A DNA stretch of 55,601 nt from an uncultured Prevotella sp. Its GTDB lineage: Bacteria; Bacteroidota; Bacteroidia; Bacteroidales; Bacteroidaceae. Where the stretch lies: positions 1 through 55,601 of the forward strand of contig USAI01000001.1 in assembly GCA_900552675.1 (NCBI GenBank). The letters run 5' to 3'. Both the position numbers and the translations under genes were made by a program. Under the pieces are notes generated by a model. The model saw nothing but the letters and a program-made list of their open reading frames with translations. It ran no database searches and was not told the DNA's origin. Shown piece by piece: positions 27,873 through 38,225 of the stretch (position 1 is the first letter of the stretch; every line of letters begins with the position of its first letter).

Positions 27873-28775
27873 TTACGAAACTGTAAGCACACCCTTCACG
27901 AAACGTTCTTTGCCAAAGCAGTCGAGGCGCGTTTCGATATGGCTGAGGCCCTCGTCAAGCATCATTTGGCGTGTGGCCTCGGCGTATAACGCATTGATTT
28001 CGAACAACACACAGCCGCCAGGACGTAACGCCTCGACGGCATAACGCGTGATGGCTCGGTAGAAGCGCAACGGATCGTCGTTGGGCACAAAAAGGGCCAT
28101 GTGGGGCTCGTGTGCCAACACGTTGCGGTGCATGGCTTCGGCCTCGCACTGGCATATATAGGGCGGATTGCTCAGCACCATGTCAAGACAGGCGTGGTGC
28201 TGCGGAGGCTGTAACGCATCTTGCTGAATGAACGACACTTGCGCTCCCAAACGCTGGGCGTTGCTACGGGCTTGCGCAAGGGCTTGGGGCGAAATATCCC
28301 AGGCTTGCACCGTGGCTCGGGGTAGGGCTAAGGCCACGCTGATGGCTATGCAACCGCTGCCCGTGCCTATATCAAGAATGTGAAGAGAGGGGCTTGTTTG
28401 GGCTTTGACGTTTGTTTGGGCTTCGACGCTTGTTTGGGCTTCGACGCTAATCATAGCCTCGGCCGACTGCACGGCCCAGTGTACCAGCCCTTCGGTTTCG
28501 GGTCGTGGAATGAGCACGGCGGGGCTTACCTCGAAACTGTGGCCCGCAAAGGGGGCATGGCCTAACACATATTGCACGGGTTCGGCCTGTTCAAGGCGGC
28601 GCGTCATGGCCTCCAGCCTACGGGCATCGTCGGCCGACAGTTGCGACACCTTGCCACAACAAATATCGGTGAGCGAAAGGCCAAACGCCTCGTCGAGCAC
28701 CCAGCGCGCCACGGCTTGCGCCTCGCGCTCATCGTAAACGGACGTCAGCCGTTTGCGCAGTTCTTCGTACGACAT
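27873..28775 (-). CDS. prmC: Release factor glutamine methyltransferase
   Basis: EPVQYVLG, VLIPRPETE, LDIGTGSGCIA, SNPPY, EPH.ALF. Confidence 0.95.
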   Translation of the reverse strand: MSYEELRKRLTSVYDEREAQAVARWVLDEAFGLSLTDICCGKVSQLSADDARRLEAMTRRLEQAEPVQYVLGHAPFAGHSFEVSPAVLIPRPETEGLVHWAVQSAEAMISVEAQTSVEAQTNVKAQTSPSLHILDIGTGSGCIAISVALALPRATVQAWDISPQALAQARSNAQRLGAQVSFIQQDALQPPQHHACLDMVLSNPPYICQCEAEAMHRNVLAHEPHMALFVPNDDPLRFYRAITRYAVEALRPGGCVLFEINALYAEATRQMMLDEGLSHIETRLDCFGKERFVKGVLTVS

Positions 28776-28824
28776 TTTAAGTGAAAAGTGAAAAGTGAAA
28801 AATGAAAAATCTTTCTAGCTCTTC

Positions 28825-29781
28825 TTATTTAACAAACGTTTCAATAATATTTTCTTCCCACAGCTCTTGCTTTTTCAGCTTTAGGTCTGCTGGCAGGGTG
28901 GGGGCAACGGTGCCCGTAGCAAAGGTGGTGGGAGCGGTTTCAACACGTATCTCGTCGTACAGACCACGGTTGATAAACTGCTGAAGCAGGTGGGCGCCAC
29001 CCTCTACCAATAGCGCTTGGCGGTGCTCGGCTTGCAACTGGCTGAGCATCTCGTCGATGCTGTGATAGCAGCGCCAGTGTGTGGGCAGCCCTTCGGGCAC
29101 GCTGTGCGACAACACGATGGGCAGCGGCGCATGGCCCGCCCAGTGGCGCACGTCGAGGTGGGGATGATCGCGGTTATAGGTGGTGCGGCCCACCACAATG
29201 GCATCGCACTCGCTACGAAGTTTGTGTACCAGCATCTGCGTGAAGGGCGTTGAGAGGGCCGTAGGGGCGAAGGCGTTGTCAATGAGATGGTTGGCGCTCT
29301 GTGCCCATTTCAGTATGATGTAAGGTCGCTGCAGCGTGTTCACGGTGATGAAGCGGCGTATGAGGGCACGACATTCGGCCTCGAGCACGCCCACCGTAAC
29401 ATCGATGCCCGCCTCACGAATTTTTGCTATGCCACGGCCATGCACCTTGGCAAAGGGGTCGACACAGCCCACCACCACGCGTCGCACGTGCTTGCTCACA
29501 ATGAGGTCGGCACAAGGGGGCGTCTTGCCGTAGTGGGCACAGGGCTCAAGGCTCACGTAGATGGTGGCCTCGGGTAATAGCGCCTCGTCTTCCTTACGCA
29601 CTGAGGCAAAGGCGTTTACCTCGGCATGGCCTTCGCCACAACGCACATGATAGCCTTCGCCTATAATGCGGCCTTGTGCCACAATAACGGCACCCACCAT
29701 GGGGTTGGGCTTGGCGTTCTGCTGGCCATTGGCGGCCAACTGCAAGCAGCGCCGCATATATCTTTCATCAATGTTTGTCAT
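28825..29781 (-). CDS. ribD: Riboflavin biosynthesis deaminase/reductase RibD
   Basis: PNPMVGAVIV, HAE, SLEPCAHYGKTPPC, LKWAQS, LLVEGG. Confidence 0.95.
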   Translation of the reverse strand: MTNIDERYMRRCLQLAANGQQNAKPNPMVGAVIVAQGRIIGEGYHVRCGEGHAEVNAFASVRKEDEALLPEATIYVSLEPCAHYGKTPPCADLIVSKHVRRVVVGCVDPFAKVHGRGIAKIREAGIDVTVGVLEAECRALIRRFITVNTLQRPYIILKWAQSANHLIDNAFAPTALSTPFTQMLVHKLRSECDAIVVGRTTYNRDHPHLDVRHWAGHAPLPIVLSHSVPEGLPTHWRCYHSIDEMLSQLQAEHRQALLVEGGAHLLQQFINRGLYDEIRVETAPTTFATGTVAPTLPADLKLKKQELWEENIIETFVK

Positions 29782-29806
29782 CGTTTATTGTTTTTTGGGG
29801 GAAATA

Positions 29807-29980
29807 ATGATAAGCCTTTCTAAGCCTTTCTAAGCCAGAGGGTAATAAGCCTCACTAAGCCTTTATAGGCCTTTCTAAGCCGAGGGGACAATGGAGACTG
29901 GTGGGCGTGAGAGCCGCAAAGCAATAGGATTTTTCCCTTTTCACTTTTCCTTTTTCACTTTCCCCTTTTCCCTTTTCACT
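29807..29980. repeat. Composite family A+B repeat, copy 3
   Basis: TAAGCC iterations; core at 29909; pyrimidine-rich TTTTCAC/TTTTCCC tail. Confidence 0.88.
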
Positions 29981-29990
29981 TAAATTCTTC

Positions 29991-30959
29991 CTACATATCA
30001 AACTGTGAGCAGTGCCATGAGAAGATGAAGGGGTAGAAGAAGCCGCGTACGGCGCCCATCACGCCACGCACGCTTTGTGCCTTGGGATACAGGTTGTTAC
30101 GGTGCTTCATGCACAGCCAGCACAGCTGCATGAGCGGCCATAAGCCGGGGCGCAACATTAATGAAGCCATGCGGTGAGGCAAGGCCAGGGCGGCATTGCC
30201 CGCGGTGTGGGTGGCAATAAGGTTATACACCAGGTGCCAGTTGGGTTTGCGCTGCAGGGCGCGATAGTTGCGCAGACCATAGACGTAAGGTTGCCATGTG
30301 GTGCGTTTCTGCTCGCCACACACCGCAATGTTTTGCAGCAACGCCGCCTCGCCGTCGTGCGAGCGGTGCCAGTTGAGCGGTTCGTCCACACGAACGATGG
30401 CGTTAGGCTGGCGGAAGAAGTAAGCGTTCAGCGCCAGACTCCAGTCGTACACAATGCGGTCGTTGGTCCAACTTTCGGGGCGCTGTATGAAGTCGCGGCG
30501 CGCTATCATGGTGTGGCCCGCAATGCCCGTAAAGAGCATGGCCTCGAGGTTGCAGCGTGGTGCCACGGTGTGCGCTGTGGCCATATCGCGCCCACGTAGG
30601 TGCGTAGAATAACAAATGTTGCAAGGGCCAATGGCCTCAATCTGTCGCTCAAGCTTGTTGGGCATCCACACATCGTCTTGGTCAGAGATGGCAATGTAGT
30701 CGGCCGTGGCGCGCAGGCACGCCGTGTGGAAGTTGCGGTTGAAGCCCAAGTTCTTCTCGTTAACGTGTATCTGCATTTGTGGTACACGCTCGGCATATTG
30801 GCGCAGAATGTTTACGGTGTTGTCAGTCGACCCATCGTCTTGCACAATGATCTCGGCTATGGGGTAGGTTTGTGCCAGGATGCTGTCCATCTGCTCGCGC
30901 AAGAAGCGCTCGCCATTGTAGGTACACATCACAACGGCTATGGTTGGTGTTTCTTTCAT
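29991..30959 (-). CDS. Family 2 glycosyltransferase (rhamnosyltransferase-like)
   Basis: VVMCTYNGERFLREQMDSILAQT, QDDGSTD, SDQDDVW.PNKL. Confidence 0.88.
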   Translation of the reverse strand: MKETPTIAVVMCTYNGERFLREQMDSILAQTYPIAEIIVQDDGSTDNTVNILRQYAERVPQMQIHVNEKNLGFNRNFHTACLRATADYIAISDQDDVWMPNKLERQIEAIGPCNICYSTHLRGRDMATAHTVAPRCNLEAMLFTGIAGHTMIARRDFIQRPESWTNDRIVYDWSLALNAYFFRQPNAIVRVDEPLNWHRSHDGEAALLQNIAVCGEQKRTTWQPYVYGLRNYRALQRKPNWHLVYNLIATHTAGNAALALPHRMASLMLRPGLWPLMQLCWLCMKHRNNLYPKAQSVRGVMGAVRGFFYPFIFSWHCSQFDM

Positions 30960-30986
30960 ATTTTCTATTGTTTTATTCTTATGGGT

Positions 30987-31130
30987 TATAGGCCTTACTA
31001 AGCCTTTCTAAGCCGAGGAGACTGGAGGAGACTGGAGGAGGATAGAGGGTGAAAGCGAACGAGAGCAGCAAAGCTATAGGATTTTTCACTTTTCACTTTT
31101 CACTTTTCCTTTCCCTTTTCCCTTTCCCCT
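30987..31130. repeat. Composite family A+B repeat, copy 4 (overlaps the flippase 3' end)
   Basis: Core at 31061; the tail supplies the last codons and stop of the flippase. Confidence 0.88.
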
Positions 31131-32553
31131 TAATAAACCCAATGCACTCTTGAAGGATGTGTGCGCCAGCTATGCGCATCACGCCATAATAAAGCACGGC
31201 GGCCATGGCTATGCGAGCCAAGAGCTTCAGCCACAGGTTGTTGATGGGCTCGGTGGCTATCCATGTGGCCAGACTGGTGGCCAGGGCAGCCAAGGCAAAG
31301 GGCACAATGTCTTTTAAGAACGGCCATAGGCCATAGTGCAGCAGGGGCGCCGCCAGCACATACCACACCATCATTGACAGGGCGGCCACCACCACATAGG
31401 CCACCACCATGACGTGTATGCCCCAGGGCCACAGCGTACACATGATGGCAATGTTGGCCAGGCTCACGCCCAAGGTGGCACGGAAGAAGGTGCCTGATCG
31501 GCCACAGCTAATGATGGCGTTGCCCAGCAGCGTACTTATAGGTGTGATGGCACCTGCCACACACAACATCTGTATCAGTGTGGCGCTGGCCTCCCATTTC
31601 TCGGTGAGGGCCAAGATGATAAACTCGTGAGCCACGATGCCGAAGCCAAAGAGCAGCGGAAACGACACAAAGGCAGTAAAGCGCATGAGCTTACGGAAGG
31701 CGGCCGTTTGTCGGCCCGCATCGTCTTGTAGGTCTACCAACACAGGTTGCGATACCTGCGCCACCATGTTCTGTATCAGCGAGTAACATTTAAAGTTCCA
31801 TTGATATGCTTGGTTAAAGTTGCCAGCGTCGGTGGTAGAGAAGTAGTGGCCCAACAAGATGTTGAGCACATTGTTATTGACGTGTGTGGTGATGGTTGAC
31901 GCCAATATCTTGCACGAGAAGCGAAACATACGGCGCACAGGGGCAAACGTGATGCCGCGCACCGATGGGCGCCAAGGCGAATAATGCCACAAGAGTAAGG
32001 TGTTAAGCGCCACATACACAATGTTTTGCGTGGCCAGCGACCAATAGGCCATGCCCGCAAAAGCCATGACGGCACCCGTGCAGCCCGACAGCGTGATGGC
32101 CGTCATCGAGGCTTTGGCTATCTGCTTGGCTCGTAGGTTTTTAAACAGCCAGGCCGACTGTGCCGTGCCCATCGACGCAATAACGATGCTGAGGAAGGCG
32201 TAACGGCACAAGGGCACCACCTGTGGCGTGTTATACCAGCGGCCAATGAGGGGAGCGGCGAAGAAGAGCACAAGGTATAGGCTGCCACCCATAAGAATGT
32301 TGAACCAAAACACCGAGTTGTATTCGGTGTGCGTGGGCGCCTTCTCGTTGGCTAGCGCCACCTTGAACCCGCTGTCTTGCAAGGCTGTAGCAACAAGGGC
32401 AAACACGCTGATAATGGCCATCATACCATAGTCGGAGGGTGCCAATAGGCGCCCCAAGATGATGCCAAACAGCAGTCCGATAACCTGCTGCACCATGGTG
32501 TTCATACCGCCCCAAAATAGTCCGCGGGCGGTCTTCTCTTTTAATGTCTCCAC
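31093..32553 (-). CDS. wzx: Wzx-type polysaccharide flippase
   Basis: LKEKTARGLFW, LGRLLAPSDYG, many TM helices; GTG start at 32553 supported by the TAATTTTG box at 32584-32591. Confidence 0.88.
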   Translation of the reverse strand: METLKEKTARGLFWGGMNTMVQQVIGLLFGIILGRLLAPSDYGMMAIISVFALVATALQDSGFKVALANEKAPTHTEYNSVFWFNILMGGSLYLVLFFAAPLIGRWYNTPQVVPLCRYAFLSIVIASMGTAQSAWLFKNLRAKQIAKASMTAITLSGCTGAVMAFAGMAYWSLATQNIVYVALNTLLLWHYSPWRPSVRGITFAPVRRMFRFSCKILASTITTHVNNNVLNILLGHYFSTTDAGNFNQAYQWNFKCYSLIQNMVAQVSQPVLVDLQDDAGRQTAAFRKLMRFTAFVSFPLLFGFGIVAHEFIILALTEKWEASATLIQMLCVAGAITPISTLLGNAIISCGRSGTFFRATLGVSLANIAIMCTLWPWGIHVMVVAYVVVAALSMMVWYVLAAPLLHYGLWPFLKDIVPFALAALATSLATWIATEPINNLWLKLLARIAMAAVLYYGVMRIAGAHILQECIGFIKGKGKRERKSEK

Positions 32554-32750
32554 GTTGTTGTAGTATATATCTTCTTCGTTGTGCAAAATTACTGCTTCTT
32601 GCTGAATGGCACAAGTAATTATGTGCGAAAAAGTAACAAATGGCTGCCAAAAAGCCTTTGCCAGAGCATGAAAAGATGCCGATTGGCCCTTCAAATGCCA
32701 TAATTATATAAATAAAGGCGCAAACATTTTCGGTAGTGTGAAAAAAATGT

Positions 32751-32758
32751 TATCTTTG
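32751..32758 (+). promoter_or_regulatory. -7 promoter box (TATCTTTG) for secDF
   Basis: TAnnTTTG consensus about 215 nt upstream of the secDF ATG. Confidence 0.65.
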
Positions 32759-32807
32759 CACGCCTGTATTATGTTCGCACGTCAATAGCGCTGCGCATAA
32801 TGCCGAC

Positions 32808-32930
32808 CTTGACAAAGGAGACCCTTGAAACGTACTTGACAAAGAAATCCCCTTGACAACGTACTTGACAAAGAAAACCCCTTGACAAAGAACTTGACAA
32901 CGTAACCCCCTTGACAATGCCCCTTAACAA
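32808..32930 (+). repeat. Array of CTTGACAA motifs in the secDF leader
   Basis: Exact copies at 32808, 32835, 32852, 32864, 32881, 32893 and 32910; variants at 32824 and 32923. Confidence 0.88.
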
Positions 32931-32973
32931 AGAAGGAAAAAACTGAAAAATAAATAAACAAAAAAACAAGAAA

Positions 32974-35900
32974 ATGCAGAACAAAGGAATTGTAATCACA
33001 ACAGCCGTCTTGCTGACGCTGGCAAGCCTTTTCTACCTGTCGTTCTCAGCAGCTACACGCTACTATGACGCTCAGGCAGCAAAGATTCAAGACCCCATCG
33101 CACAGCAAGACTACAAAGACTCTGTGAAGTACCTTGGCATCTACTCTTACCAGAAATGTCTGGAGACACAGATTGGCCTCGGTCTTGACCTTAAGGGAGG
33201 TATGAACGTCATCCTCGAAGTGAGCGTGCCTGATGTTATCGAAACATTGGCCGACCACAAGACCGACGCCGCCTTCAAAAAGTCGATGAACGAAGCTAAG
33301 AAGGAAGAAGAAACCAGCCAGAAAGACTTCATCACCCTCTTCGTTAACGCTTACCATCGTAACGCCCCCGGACATCGTCTGGCCGAAGTATTCGCTACAC
33401 AGCAGATGCAGGGCAAGGTGAGCTCGCAGAGCACCGACAGCGAGGTAGAGAAAGCCTTGCGCACTGAGGCTCAGTCCGCTATCGACAACTCGTTTAACGT
33501 GGTGCGTACACGTATCGACAAGTTTGGCGTAGTGCAGCCCAACATTCAGAAGCTGGAAGGCCAGCAAGGACGTATCATGGTAGAAATGCCTGGTATTCGT
33601 GAGCCCGAGCGTATGCGTAAGCTGTTGCAGGGTAGCGCAAACCTTGAATTCTGGGAGACCTTCAACGCCGACGAGATTGTGCCCTACCTGGTACAGGTTG
33701 ACCAGCAGGTGGCTAACGGTGGTCATGCTGAAAAGGCCGACACCGCTGCACAGGCTAAAGCTGATGAAGCTAAAGCTGAAGAGGCTAAGGCTGACGTAGC
33801 AAAGAATGAGGCTAACGCTAAGTTTAAGATTGCCGACAACACCAAGGAGGAGACCGCTGCCGATAAGGCTGCCAACACTCGCACCGAGGAGGCTATGAAG
33901 AAGCAGCACCCGCTGCTGGCCATCCTGCAGACCACTGGACAGGGCGCGCTGAGCACCGTAGGCTATGCTAACGTGCGCGACACCGCTGCCGTAAACGCTA
34001 TCATCAACTCGGCTGCCGCTAAGCGTATTCTGCCCGCTAACCTGAAGCTGCTGTGGAGCGCTAAGCCCGCCGACGGCCTCACCGTTAAGAATGTATATGA
34101 GCTGCACGCCATCAAGGTTACTTCAACCAATGGCCGCGCTCCGCTGGAAGGCGACGTTATCACCGACGCTAAAGACCAGTTTAATCAGCTCTCAAATGCT
34201 CCTGAGGTAAGCATGAGCATGAACACCGACGGTGCTCGCCGCTGGGCAGCGCTGACCAAGGCTAACGTAGGTAAGGCCATCGCTATCGTGCTTGACGGAA
34301 GCGTTTACTCGGCTCCCCGCGTAAATGGCGAGATTGCTGGCGGACAGTCGTCAATCACAGGTAACTTCACCATCGAAGATACAAAAGACTTGGCCAACAC
34401 CTTGAAGTCGGGTCGTATGCCCGCTCCCGCACGTATCGTACAGGAAGAGGTGGTAGGTCCTACACTGGGTGCACAGTCAATCCAGCAGGGTATTATCTCA
34501 TTCGTTATCGCCTTCGTTATCTTGATGCTGTACATGATCGTTATGTACGACGTCATCCCTGGTATGATGGCCAACTTGGCACTGATTGTCAACTTGTTCT
34601 TCACGCTGGGTATCCTAACCTCGTTCCAGGCAGCCCTCACCATGAGTGGTATTGCTGGTATGGTGCTGTCGTTGGGTACCGCCGTCGATGCTAACGTGCT
34701 TATCTATGAACGTACTAAGGAAGAGCTACGCTCAGGCAAGGGCATCAAGCAGTCAATCCAGCTGGGTTACAGCAACGCCTTCTCGGCTATCTTCGACTCT
34801 AACTTGACATCAATCATCACAGGTGTTATCCTTTATGTGTTTGGTACAGGCCCCATCCGCGGCTTCGCCACCACTTGGATCATCGGTATCGTTTGCTCAT
34901 TCTTCACCGCTGTGTTCCTCACACGTCTCGTTTACGAGCATCAGATGAAGAAGGATCGCTGGTTGGGTCAGACCTTCTGCACACGCTTCTCACGTAACCT
35001 GATGCAGAATGTCAACTTCCCCTTCATGAACATCTATAAGAAGACTTTCGCCCTCGTGATTGTTTGCATCGCTGTGTTTGCAGTAAGCTTCGGCGTGCGT
35101 GGCTTGAGCCGCAGCATCGACTTTACGGGTGGTCGCAACTATGTTATTGCTTTTGAGAAGGCTGTTGAGCCCGAGCAGGTTCGCGCACTGTTGCAGGAGG
35201 CTTTCCCTGGCTGCACATCAAGCGCACTGGCACTGGGTACTGACCATAAGACCATTCGTATCTCAACCAACTATAAGATTGAGAGCAACGACCCGAAGGT
35301 TGACGACCAGGCCGAGACCATCTTGTTCAACACACTGAAGAAGGCTAACCTGGTAACACAGAAGGATGTGAAGGCCTTTAAGAACCCCGATATTCGTACC
35401 GGTGGCTCTATCGTTACCTCAACAAAGGTAGGCCCCTCTATCGCTAAGGATATTACTTATGGCGCTATCATCAGCGTGCTCATCGCATTGGCAGCCATCT
35501 TTATCTATATCTTGATACGTTTCCACAACCTGGCCTTCTCGGTAGGTTCTACCGTGGCGCTGGCTGTCGACACCGTGTTCGTGCTGGGTATCTATTCGCT
35601 GTGCTGGGGCTGGATGCCATTCTCACTCGAGATTGACCAGACGTTTATCGGTGCCTTGCTTACCGTGATAGGTTACTCTATCAACGATAAGGTGGTGGTA
35701 TTCGACCGTATCCGTGAGAACCTGGGCTTGCATCCTAAGGCTGAGCTGCAGTCGCTCTTCAACGACTCTATCAACCAGACCTTGGCACGTACCATCAACA
35801 CATCACTCTCTACATTGATCGTGTTGCTCTGCATCCTCTTCCTCGGTGGAGAGAGCATCCGCAGCTTCGCCTTCGCTATGAGCCTTGGTGTGGTTATCGG

Positions 35901-36000
35901 TACATTGTCGTCAATCTTCGTGGCTTCGCCCATCGCCTTCCGCGTAATGGGTCGTCGCATCAAGGAGACTGATGAGGCTACTGTTGTAGCTAAGGCATAA
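32974..36000 (+). CDS. secDF: Protein translocase subunit SecDF
   Basis: GLGLDLKGG, RIDKFGVVQP, AVDANVLIYER, IDFTGG, GYSINDKVVVFDRIRE. Confidence 0.97.
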   Translation: MQNKGIVITTAVLLTLASLFYLSFSAATRYYDAQAAKIQDPIAQQDYKDSVKYLGIYSYQKCLETQIGLGLDLKGGMNVILEVSVPDVIETLADHKTDAAFKKSMNEAKKEEETSQKDFITLFVNAYHRNAPGHRLAEVFATQQMQGKVSSQSTDSEVEKALRTEAQSAIDNSFNVVRTRIDKFGVVQPNIQKLEGQQGRIMVEMPGIREPERMRKLLQGSANLEFWETFNADEIVPYLVQVDQQVANGGHAEKADTAAQAKADEAKAEEAKADVAKNEANAKFKIADNTKEETAADKAANTRTEEAMKKQHPLLAILQTTGQGALSTVGYANVRDTAAVNAIINSAAAKRILPANLKLLWSAKPADGLTVKNVYELHAIKVTSTNGRAPLEGDVITDAKDQFNQLSNAPEVSMSMNTDGARRWAALTKANVGKAIAIVLDGSVYSAPRVNGEIAGGQSSITGNFTIEDTKDLANTLKSGRMPAPARIVQEEVVGPTLGAQSIQQGIISFVIAFVILMLYMIVMYDVIPGMMANLALIVNLFFTLGILTSFQAALTMSGIAGMVLSLGTAVDANVLIYERTKEELRSGKGIKQSIQLGYSNAFSAIFDSNLTSIITGVILYVFGTGPIRGFATTWIIGIVCSFFTAVFLTRLVYEHQMKKDRWLGQTFCTRFSRNLMQNVNFPFMNIYKKTFALVIVCIAVFAVSFGVRGLSRSIDFTGGRNYVIAFEKAVEPEQVRALLQEAFPGCTSSALALGTDHKTIRISTNYKIESNDPKVDDQAETILFNTLKKANLVTQKDVKAFKNPDIRTGGSIVTSTKVGPSIAKDITYGAIISVLIALAAIFIYILIRFHNLAFSVGSTVALAVDTVFVLGIYSLCWGWMPFSLEIDQTFIGALLTVIGYSINDKVVVFDRIRENLGLHPKAELQSLFNDSINQTLARTINTSLSTLIVLLCILFLGGESIRSFAFAMSLGVVIGTLSSIFVASPIAFRVMGRRIKETDEATVVAKA

Positions 36001-36042
36001 ATGAAATGCTGTTCTGAAAAGAATAGATAATAAGAAATAATG

Positions 36043-36083
36043 AAAAAGGCCTGCCTCACGTGATTGTGAGGCAGGCCTTTTTT
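36043..36083. terminator. Bidirectional terminator between secDF and the helicase gene
   Basis: AAAAAGGCCTGCCTCAC...GTGAGGCAGGCCTTTTT perfect stem. Confidence 0.88.
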
Positions 36084-36204
36084 GGCTTATGGGGCTTATG
36101 GGCCTTATAGGTCTTATGGGGGTTATAGGTCTTATGGGGCTGGGCTTATGAGGCTTATAGGTCTTATAGGGGTTGAGGCTAATGGGCCTTATAGGTCTTA
36201 TAGG
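36084..36204. repeat. GGCTTAT/GGTCTTAT periodic repeat (reverse-orientation family A variant)
   Basis: About 12 iterations at 9-10 bp spacing. Confidence 0.8.
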
Positions 36205-36210
36205 TGCCCC

Positions 36211-38115
36211 TTATATCTCTGGCTGCTCGGCCAGCCCCATAACATACTGGTGTAGCTCCTTATAGAACTTGTGTCGAGCCAGCGTGTCGGCATTGCCTAT
36301 GATGATGAGTTTCATGCGCGCACGGGTGATGGCAACGTTCATGCGACGTAGGTCAGCGAGGAAGCCTATCTGTCCATCATCGTTGGCGCGCACCAGCGAT
36401 ATGATGATGATGTCGCGCTCTTGCCCTTGAAAGCCATCGACGGTGTTGATAGTGATGAGGCGTCGTAAGGGGCGCAGCCATTCGTCAGAGCGCACCAGTT
36501 GGCGCAGATATTGCACCTGAGCACGATAAGGCGAGATGACGCCCACATCTATTTGTTCGTCTAAGGCTCGCGCGCGTCCTATCTTCATATAATAGTCGCG
36601 TAGCGTTTGCACGCAGAGTTTAGCCTCTTGACGGTTTACGCGCCCAAAGCTTTCGCCCACAAACTCTTCGTGAGCGCCCTCCAGTGGCGTGTCAATCCAT
36701 TGCATGGGGCAGTCGTAGTCGAGTATGCCGCGATGCTCTACCTCAGGGGCTGTGAGCACCTTCCCGCCGTAGAACCAATTGCTTGAAAACTGCATGATGG
36801 TGCGTTTCATACGATATTGCATTTCAAGCAGTTGTACCGCTTCGGGGTGCGTGTGTACGATGCGCTCCATCAGTGTGGTGGACAGACCTCCGCGCATGGC
36901 TGCCACGCTCTTCACGGTGGGTGGTAGCTGACAGTGGTCGCCCGCCAGCACCACACGTCCAGCTCGCCGTATGGCTATCCAGCAGGCCGCTTCGAGGGCT
37001 TGCGCCGCCTCGTCGATAAACAGCGTGGCAAAGTGTTGCCCCTCCATGGCTCGGCTGCCAGCTCCCGTCAGTGTGCAGGCTATCACACGTGCCTCGCCAA
37101 ACACGTCGGCATGAATACGCACCTCCAGTTCTACGGCTCGGCTTTTCAGCCGTTCCACCTTTTGGTGCCAGTTGTCGGTTCGGCGTCGGGTGCCACGCAG
37201 TTCGCGTATAGCCTTTCGTATGCTCCACAGCTGAGGGTAGTCGGGGTGGTCGGCAAAGCGTCGTTCGTAGGTGCTGGCCAGCAGATGGTCGTCAACGCGA
37301 GCGGGATTGCCAATGCGCAGCACGCTGATGCCGCGCTCCATCAGTTTGCGTGCTATCCAGTCGACGGCCATGTTGCTTTGTGCGCACACCATCACTTGGC
37401 TTTCACGCGTCAGCGTTTCGTTGATAGCCTCTACCAGCGTTGTGGTCTTGCCTGTGCCAGGAGGGCCGTGCAGTACCATCACATCTTTAGCGCAGAGCAC
37501 GCGCCCCACGGCTTCTTCTTGCGATGCGTTGAGCCAAGGCATCCGAGGCGGTGTGAAGGTGAAGTGTTGCAGCGCCATTTGCGGTGTGTAGAACACGTCG
37601 CGCAGATAAGCCAAGCGGTTGCCACGGGCACGGATGGCGCGGTCGAGGGCTTCAAACATCAGTCGGTAGCTGGTTTCGTCGAAGCCTATCTGCACGCCCA
37701 CGCCCGTAGCCTGTTGCAGTTGTGTGCCTTGCGACACATCGGCCACCTGCACGGCCATGCGGTCGGTGCCAGCCCAGCTCACGGTGCCCGTCATGGGCAG
37801 CCAGTGCAGTTTGTCGGGTGCTGCGGGGTCGAGGGTGAAGAAGCATACGGGGCGCCCACATTCAAAGTTGTGTTCAATGTCGTCGTCGGCCGTTCCTGTG
37901 TCGCGTCGCACCAGCTCAACGATGGCTTGGTTCAGCGAGTTCCAGTAGGTGCGTCCCACCGACACCTGTAGCCACGCGTCGCCACGTTTCACCTTTCGGG
38001 CCATTGATGTGGCCTGTGTCAGTTGTTTGAATTGCTCCTTCTCGCAAGCATATTCTATCTGCAACAACATTTTTTGTTGCATGAGTGCCTGCACGGGCGT
38101 ATTTGATGTTTGCAT
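36211..38115 (-). CDS. Superfamily 1 helicase, DNA2/NAM7 (IGHMBP2-like)
   Basis: LNASQ, HGPPGTGKTT, IDEAAQ, GDHCQLPPT, QYRM, TVDGFQGQE, RRMNVAITRAR. Confidence 0.92.
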   Translation of the reverse strand: MQTSNTPVQALMQQKMLLQIEYACEKEQFKQLTQATSMARKVKRGDAWLQVSVGRTYWNSLNQAIVELVRRDTGTADDDIEHNFECGRPVCFFTLDPAAPDKLHWLPMTGTVSWAGTDRMAVQVADVSQGTQLQQATGVGVQIGFDETSYRLMFEALDRAIRARGNRLAYLRDVFYTPQMALQHFTFTPPRMPWLNASQEEAVGRVLCAKDVMVLHGPPGTGKTTTLVEAINETLTRESQVMVCAQSNMAVDWIARKLMERGISVLRIGNPARVDDHLLASTYERRFADHPDYPQLWSIRKAIRELRGTRRRTDNWHQKVERLKSRAVELEVRIHADVFGEARVIACTLTGAGSRAMEGQHFATLFIDEAAQALEAACWIAIRRAGRVVLAGDHCQLPPTVKSVAAMRGGLSTTLMERIVHTHPEAVQLLEMQYRMKRTIMQFSSNWFYGGKVLTAPEVEHRGILDYDCPMQWIDTPLEGAHEEFVGESFGRVNRQEAKLCVQTLRDYYMKIGRARALDEQIDVGVISPYRAQVQYLRQLVRSDEWLRPLRRLITINTVDGFQGQERDIIIISLVRANDDGQIGFLADLRRMNVAITRARMKLIIIGNADTLARHKFYKELHQYVMGLAEQPEI

Positions 38116-38225
38116 GCCTTAAATTCTTGTTTTTCTTTCTGTTTCTTGCAAAGGTAAATAAAAAATGACGGGCAAATAAGATATTTTTCTATAAATTTGC
38201 ACATAAATATCAACAACATTACGCT

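Noticed and set aside
32808..32930. Tandem sigma70 -35 boxes (TTGACA)
   Set aside because: The Bacteroidota primary sigma factor uses TTTG/TAnnTTTG, no matching -10 boxes follow, and a proper -7 box lies upstream
36211..38115. Helicase-based defence system
   Set aside because: Common stand-alone Bacteroidales SF1 helicase in a housekeeping context, with no nuclease partner
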